64,000 nucleotides of DNA from contig OZ037765.1 in the NCBI GenBank assembly GCA_964035545.1, positions 2,976,001 to 3,040,000 on the forward strand, read 5' to 3'. This document shows, in pieces, positions 24,993 to 33,900 of the stretch. Origin of the DNA: Bugula neritina. Lineage: Eukaryota; Animalia; Bryozoa. The notes beneath the pieces are model-generated. The model was not told the origin of the DNA. It made no database searches and saw nothing but the letters and a program-made list of their open reading frames with translations. A program made the translations under genes and the position numbers. How positions within the stretch are numbered: position 1 is the first letter of the stretch; every line of letters begins with the position of its first letter.

Positions 24993-27900
24993 TTAAGATT
25001 GAAACAATCTAACCAAGTTAGACACTGAGTTCCTGGCATGATGTTTCTCAGGTGGTAGACGCTCAACTTCTGTTGGTGGCAGCTTTTCTTTGTCTTTCTG
25101 ATAACGAACCTGATTATTTAGTAATGACACGTTTCCATTTTCATCTAAGGAAGCTTTTGATTCATGGTTGCATATGGTAACAGTCTGCTCTTCAACAGAG
25201 GGGCTATTAGAGTAAACTTGTTGAGGCGAATGGCCTTGAGATCTTCTGAGCCGTGGCTGAGGTGTTGGAGTTGTCTTATCAGAAGATTTTTTACGCGGGG
25301 CTGCCAGAGGTGGCTTATTTCCTATTTTGTTGCTTATAGTCTCTGTGGTGAATAGGGTACGCTGTGATGCTACTTCTGTAGTAGGTGATGTGCTAAACAC
25401 AGAGTCATCCTCATCCGCCAATGAGGGCGTGACTGGCTCCATATAGGTCAAAGATGTCGCTGGCTCCATATACGTTGAGGGTGCCCAACCCTTGACGCCG
25501 CCAGTCTGAACAAACCACCAGCCAGACTCATCTTTATTCAGTACCTGAAAGTTGGGAGAATATTCTTTTTCAGTAAGAGCTTTATGTAAAAAAACCAGTT
25601 ATTTTATCTCAATAAAAAATAATTTCATCATATTATTCATTTGAAAAACTATTTTAATTTTAGCTGAATAGGGAGCAGCCTATAAGTAGTTAGAGTCATT
25701 GCTTAGAAGACACATTTTGAGTGGTATACTAAATTTTAGTAAAAACTATTGATAAAATTGTTGGAGACTTGTAATAGTTTCCTTGTCACACTAAATAAAT
25801 TACAAATTCATAGCCTACTTAGCCTATAAGGGCCACACTGTGCGTATTTTCGCATGCGAAAATTGAAATCTCAAGTAGCAAAGGTGTTCACTGTACGCGT
25901 TGAGAAAACATTCGCACTTGTCGCTCAGCATTCTCAACCCAAGTGCGAATCGTCTCTGTCGTCACCTAATTGGCTGGTAGTTATTCAGCGAGCCCAATTT
26001 CTTTATTTTAGTGCTACATTCCAATAAATTGCATTTTATTGAAAGCGAGTGCGATTTAAAAATGAAAGCTTTATTTATCACGCATCACTGACGCTACAGT
26101 GGACACCTTTGCTACTTGTGATTTCAATTTTCGCATGCTAAAATGCGCACCATGTGGCCCTAGGCTTAGGGAAAACCTTTTCCATTCAGGGTATATATAC
26201 TGGCATGAGTGTATTATAATTTTGACATCATTTAAAGATGGACAAAACATGAAAGTACGGCTAAAACTTATAAAAAGCCAGGCACCAAGTTTTGATAAAA
26301 CATGGATTTGTAAGTTACTGAAATATTTTGAGAATTAAAGTGCGGAACTTAAAATTAATGCTCATCGTTATCTAAGATTATGACCCTAAAAGTTTATAAT
26401 ATATGCATAGTAAAAATATAGATGTAAAAAGAAGTTGCTGACAAATAAATTAAATTAAACTCCCAATACAAGTTCTTACATAATTACATGTAATATTTGA
26501 CAAATATAATCGATAATAGTAGTTAAAGGTGTAATATAAATCTAGCTATAAGCTGCATATATGATGGCAAATACTCATCACCATGGCGACAATACATAAT
26601 ATAAATGTATTATTTGATTAAGGTTTGTATAAGTCCATTTTTGTATCAAATTTAGAAATATTACGCTAACTCATAATAAATGGCATATGTAATATTTAAT
26701 ACATTTTGTATTGTTTATAATGATGAAAATTCATATGAACATTTATAGTATGTGGAACTAAAAAAAACCTCAAAAATCTTATTCAACGTTATAATTCAAA
26801 AACTACAACTTTATGCTTCACATGCACAGAATATATTTTTTTAAATATCAAGCGCTCTGAAGATGTATAAAATTATTTTTCCACATGACAGAAAACATTT
26901 ATATAAAAATGTAAACAATAATAAATAAATTAGTAGGTACCTTTATACTAGCTCCTTCAACAAGATCAATACCATTGCTGCCATGCATTGAGCTTTTGAA
27001 ATCGCCTGTGGCTACATAGTCTACTTCATGCAACGTCCTTGCAGCTGGTACTGGTGGCTGAGATGGCTGCAAATTACACAATTCATCAATGTGAGTTTCA
27101 TGTGAGAACCCAGTATAACACAAACACACCAGATTAATAGAAATATAGTTAAAAGAATGACTCCAACTTTTTAAGGGCATCTCTGCTTGGTATTTCAAAG
27201 GCGTTCAATCATATAAAATTAAGCAGTAAATATGAAGTCATTTTACTGACTAAACTCAAACTCACTTGCTTAGGTTTCTTGTAGCTACTCCCACGTCGAG
27301 GCGGGGCGTAGTGACTTAGCCGACGCTTTCTTGTCAGAGGTTCCTGTGGAGCTGGTGTTGAGGTTTTAAGGCTTGCCAACAATTTTCTTGCTTTTATGCT
27401 GTCTGCTTTGCGCAAGTAGGCAGCAGGGAAGAGACCTTGTTGACCAGAGTACCTGCAGGTAAATTATTCAACTGTTATCACCTATTCATATACAATGATC
27501 AACATCTATATAAACCAGGTCGCAGTTAATGAGATATTTTTACATCTAATGACATAAAAATGGCTTATGGGAAATAATGCGTTAATGAAACATTTTATTC
27601 GTTTATGAGCATAATATGAACATGTATAAAATAAACTTCTTGAACCTAAACTATAATAGCAGCCTAAGCAAAAAACTAAAATTTATAAACCTGAGCTGAT
27701 AGAAATTTATACATTTATCATATTACATATATTTTATCTATAGGTACTATTAATAACCATTTTATTTATTTTAATAACCTTAAAATACAAAAAATTAGAC
27801 GAATTTGTTAGAAAAATTATTTCTAGTACTTGCAACTGTTTACTACTTGTAGTGCTATTTTTTTCAATTTTGCACCCATCATAGATTAACTGTTTCACAT

Positions 27901-30900
27901 TACATAAAGTTATGAGTAGCACAACACTAAAGTAGTGTTGCCATAGTAGAATATTATAGTATATCATTGAACATGGTATATAAAATATCACTCTCTGCAT
28001 GGTATATGCAGGGTTTATGATGGTGTAATCGTAAATTGCATCAACGTGGTTTCTTTTTTTTCTAACTAAAAAGTTGTTTTGCCAACTCCTCACCAGAAAG
28101 TTTATGTAACTCATTAGTCATTCAATTGTTTCATAACTTATATTATACTGCATAATAGTCCAGCAACAAGGTTGGTGCATATCCACGGAATATTCTAGTA
28201 GAAGATTAATGAAACGATTAGCACACACAGATCATTTATCATTTCAACATAATAACAAATCACTACCTGTGTTCCAGATTAGAAATGTAGCAAAATAATT
28301 TATGTTCTCGCAAGAATTTCAACCTAAGCCTTAAGCAAAAATTTATGAAAAAGTTTAAAAAATTTAGACTACCTCACTTTTCCCACTACTGTTTCTAAAT
28401 GCACTACTATTCCAAAGCTACTTGTACTCAATTTTAAAGATAGAACCTTGTAGATGTAAGCAATGCCCAGGAACCCCAACTATGTTCTACCTGCAGGTCC
28501 ACCACCCATCAATAGACTCAGTAACGGCCTCCAGGACACACCCTCGGGCTACACTCAGCTCATCACCTTCAGCTGCTACATAGTCTACGGTCACCACGTA
28601 TTTCAGGGGGTGTGAAGGGGTGGGTGAAGGCTCCTCTCCTTGGTCAACAGTGCTATAAACTGAGTCTAAATAACTTGCAGGCACCCAGCCAGTGTTCTCC
28701 GCATCTTGTGCCAACCACCAGCCTACCAACACATCAAAGAGTATATACTTTACATGCTACGGTATATACTTTACATACTATACAGTATATGCATCATGTG
28801 CTACAGTATATGTATCATCTCCTACTCATTATATGCTACAGCATGTATATCTTATGCTATACAGTGTATACATTTCATGTTACAGTGTATACATTTCATG
28901 CTAGAGTGTATATACATCATTTGCTACTGTGTACACACCTTATATTAGAGTGCACACACTTAATAAGACATTGTATTATTCGCTACATACATATATATGT
29001 TATATAGTATATAAATAAAACACTACAGTATAGACATTATATTTTGTTTTATGTAACAGAAAATATTTCTTAAAGCTACAATCATTGTGTTCAAAGTTTT
29101 TGGTAAAGTTATAAGAAAAGCAGTCCCGTGTAAAGGGCAAGTCATTTCTAGACTTACAGTACACTTACATACCTGTACGTTTTTTCTCTATGATATACAG
29201 AACAGTGCCAGCTGTCACGGTCAGTTCGCCCTGTTGAGTCTTGGTATAGTTCTCTATAACCGTGTATTGCGGAAACTCCAAAGGGGCAGAAATTGTCAGA
29301 CCTGTTGATGGCGGCCTACTTGTCCTACTGGAAAAATATCAGTCAGAACTAGCTACAAGTCAGGTACACATGAAAAACTCATGAAAGTTTATAGTTCCCA
29401 TCCCTGTGAGAAAACCCATAATATAAGGATTTTTTGTTAAATCGAGCTAAGGACTTATTAAGATAGGGACACAAGAACAATTATGACTGGATGCTCTTCC
29501 TAGCATCATCCATGGCCTTTGGAGGAACTCAAACCCATGAATTCGTGTTTACCAGGCAAATGCTCTAACCCCTAGACCACGCCAGGTTACACGTTAGGCA
29601 CACATGCTATATATTATTTATTTAAAAAAACATGCTATATATAAATTTGTTGATAAATAAACACTATAGTGACTTGCTTTTCAAACTGCAATAGAATTAT
29701 ATGTCATTTGCGAGTATAATATTATTTATATAATCAGGCCATAAGTCAATTTGCTAACCATCAAACTAATCATTCTAGCAATGAATTGTTTTGGAACAAT
29801 TTTGACTTGTCAAAGGAAATTTGGTAGATGTGATACATTTTCTGACATCATACTTTGCATTATTAAAGCTCATTTATTAAAAAAGAACATATAATTAGAA
29901 ATAAGTTTTTAGACTCAAGTACCTGCTTCTTCTTTTGTCTGTTAGATGCGCTAAATCACTTTCTTTAGTCTCAAGGAACTGAATCACTGGATCACTATTT
30001 CCAACTTTCTTCAACGTTATTAATACCTATGAAACGTACAGAAAGAAGCATGTCTTTAAATTGCAAGAGGATTATTTGTTTGCACGTCACCATTGTTTGT
30101 GTAACACATGCTTTTTAGTAAGCTATAGATAATGGATATGCTAAATTATAAGTTTAGCCAGGATCAGTTGCTGAGTGAACCTGCCTTTAAATATTCATCG
30201 AACTTTGAACGCCTTTTCTCAGCTGTTTTTACACTCAAATTTCCCACAAACCTTTTACCTGTAGGCAATAAAATTCATGAGCAAATCAACAAATAAACAA
30301 TTATGATAGAACTTTACTCGCAGGTAAAACTATCACTCTTCACAAGAGTGCAAGTTTTACCTGCGGGCTGTTATATCATAACGAGCTATAATGACTGCGA
30401 GCATACGTCTGAGTTCAACAACCTATACAGATAAGATATTTAAGCTAAAAAATCAACTTTGGAATTATATTATGCTTGATGCATGAAATTCACGAAGTAT
30501 AAATAATCAAATATTTCAAGCAAGCTATAAACATGGAAAAAATTTACCTTTTGAATTATTGACTTAATCTATTTATCTTCTTTTAAAATATAAAATTAAA
30601 TATGATTGAAAACACTCACCTGGCAAAAATGGAATAGTTCTTTTAGAAGGATGATATATACCAGCTTCCAAAGGAAATGTATTCACTAAAGTTTGCTACA
30701 GCAAAAATAAAACAGAATATTTAACATAAACATTATCATGCATATAAACAATGTCAATCAACTATAACGTATGCAAATAATTATTTTGCAGCTATTTTAC
30801 AAAGCAATAGATAAATGCTATGAAAATATAATATTATCTTATTGCCATAGATAACAATATAAATTTATGTTAAAACTTCGAAGCTCTGTGACTTACCTGT

Positions 30901-33900
30901 AAGTTAAAAAACTGAGAGTACCGTCTGTAAATAGCTGTCGACTTGCCATTTGACCACTTGAGGTGAATCTCATACACCTGAAATTATTACAACATGCAAG
31001 ATATTATTATGAAAAATATATAATAGCCTAAATTCTTATTGCATCATTTAGACTTGACATAAAACTAGCCAATGAGCTTACTAAACCTAATTAAACATAA
31101 TTGAATTCAAACAGCTTAAATCTTTGAACAAAACAATTAATTATTTAAGTAAAATGACAATCTGCATAGTGGGAATAAGATACACTCCAACATAAAGTCA
31201 AAAATTCAAACTTCGCTCAAAAAATCTTCAAATCAAATAAAAGAATGTCTACCTTTCACTAGTTTGTATGCTTTTAAATTTTTATAGATGCTCATTGTAA
31301 ACAGTATTATTGGGCAGCATTGCAGGAAATTATTATAGTGAAATTATAAAATTTATAGATTAATGGAAAACTCAATCATTACAAAATATATAATATATAA
31401 TTGAGTTCTGTATTAGTTAAAAACATAACATGATATCAGTTACTCGAAAAGTTTATTGAATAATTTGATAGGACAATTTATATATATGCATGGCATTGCA
31501 AAAGGTTAAAAAATTAGCCAGAATTTGAATTATTATAGGGATATTTCTGAAACTACTAAAACATCGTAAACACTACTCTAATAACATGTACGATCTGCTT
31601 CCGTTTAGGGAGACAGGTTTAAGAAAAGTAGAAGACATTGCCGTAGTGTTGGGATGACCCAGTTACAGACCCCCTGTGGAAGCCGGAGATTTGGGGTTTA
31701 AATCCCAGTACAAAATACACTGTAACTATCACGGTTATATTGCATAGCTAGAGGCTTTTGTCTGGAAGTAAAACAGATGGATAACTGACTCTATAGTAAG
31801 CCAGCTTATGAGCAGTGTAACTGTTACTGAGGTACTTGCTAACAGTGGTTGTAACTTAAGTTAACTTGCATAGAACAATTATAAGATAATGGTAGCACCT
31901 TAGTACTGCATTAAAACAGCTTCAACATAATGAAGATGTTGCGTTGTATGGATAAGTACTGCAATAGATTACTACCAACTTTCTTACTGTCACTACACTT
32001 TATTATTTCAAATCTCGAAGCTAACTGACGCACTTGATAAACAAACAGTATGTCACATCAGTTACATGGCAGTTTTAAATCCACAACATAATTACTTTGA
32101 CAGCATAAGTGTATTGCTATAACATTCCACAATATAAGGCTACTAGCAGGTATAAGCCATGGGATAATATAAACATAGCTTTAGTAAACAGATACAAACA
32201 TTACAGAAGGCAATCATAAATATTATTTATTGTAAAAATAATTATCACTAAACTTTATACATGCACTAATAACTCAAGGAGTCTGTCTTTCATATAGGTA
32301 CATGCTGGGCTAATAATCATGTAAACTTGGAGTTACCTTTTCTTGATGTTTTAGCTGATCAATTATTATTCTGTTTTTGAAAAAGATAGTCACTTCCTGT
32401 TTGACAAACTGCAGTGCTTGATTGAAATAAACTGAAGATTAAAACTAATCCACTAATAATTGCTAGATAAATAGACATCTAAAGAATAAAACATGGTGGC
32501 AGCGTAATTAATGGTTAGTTTAAAAGATGGAAGGCATTTCACCACCTGGACAATTGAATTTAAGGGCAGAAGATTTGTCAGGAGAATGGCGGCGTTGGAT
32601 TAGGTCATTTGAGGATTATTTGCTAGCAATAGACCTAACTGCTAACTCAAGAGCCGCAGAAAAAAGGAAATTAGCCTTATTCAGACATTGTGGTGGTGAA
32701 GATGTACGTGAAATTTATTCTCAAATGGAATTTAATCTAGAGGTTAGTGGAGAAATTACTGAAATTGAGGAAGGGGTTGCTGGGAGAAAGCTAGAAGATG
32801 TAATTAAGCGTTTTCATGAGTACTGTAATCCTCGCACTAGTATTGTGCTGAATAGATTTCAATTTCACAACAGTAGCCAAAGTGGAGATACAATAGATGT
32901 ATACTTAATGAAACTGCGAAGGCTGGCGGAAGGCTGTGAATTTGGTAATCAAAGAGATTCATTGATAAGAGATAAACTGCTTTTTGGAATTGATGATTCT
33001 AATGAAAGAGAAAAATTAATGAAAGAGGTTGATGAAAAACTAAGTTTAGACTTTGTGATTAAGTCACTGAGAGTAGCTGAGAAATCTACAAGGCCTAAAG
33101 CGATAACGCTACCAGACCCCAAACCCGAAGAAGTCAATGCAGTACAAAATGTTGATAATAGGAAGTCCAGAATTCCTTCTGAGGTTACTTATGATAAACA
33201 TTCTAAAAACCGATGTGAGCAATGTGGGAAAAGCCATTACAAAAGTCAGAGATGTACAGCTTATGGAACTAAATGTGCGAAATGCAATCAATTCAACCAC
33301 TGGGCCAGAGTGTGTAGGAATTTGAATAAAGTCAATGAAGTACAGCCAGAAAAGGGTGACACAGATTTTTATTTAGGAGAGACACATCAGATTAACTCCA
33401 TAGATTCTCAATCCTGGTACACCAATCTCAGAGTAAGCACCAACAAACACAAAGGACAAAGGATCAAATTTAAATTAGATACTGGTGCGTCTCTTAGTGT
33501 ATGTGGTCCACATCATGTCTCAGGGGAGCTAATCTCAACTAGCAAAAAATTGTACGGCCCAGGGCAGACACTTTTGACATGTTTAGGAACAATAAAGTGC
33601 CAGATAACATCAAAGAATGAGCGCATAAATGAAGACCTTTATGTTATTCAAGATCAAACCACACCATTGCTTAGCCGTAGTGCATGTGAGAAATTAAACC
33701 TCATCTCTGTGGATTCATCTCAATGCCAAATAGAGAATGTGTGTGTTGATGAGAAGCTGTTCCAAGGATTGGGGAAAGTAAATACAGAGCATGTCATTAC
33801 GTTGAAAGGAGATGCTAAACCATTTGCTATCCATGTTCCCAGACCCATACCTTTTCCTAGAAGAAAGTTAGCAGATGAAGCATTGATGAAAATGATTGAG

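Noticed and set aside
31580-31860. GC-richer intronic patch that might be a solo LTR or other TE fragment
   Set aside because: No clear TG...CA boundaries with TSD and no second copy.
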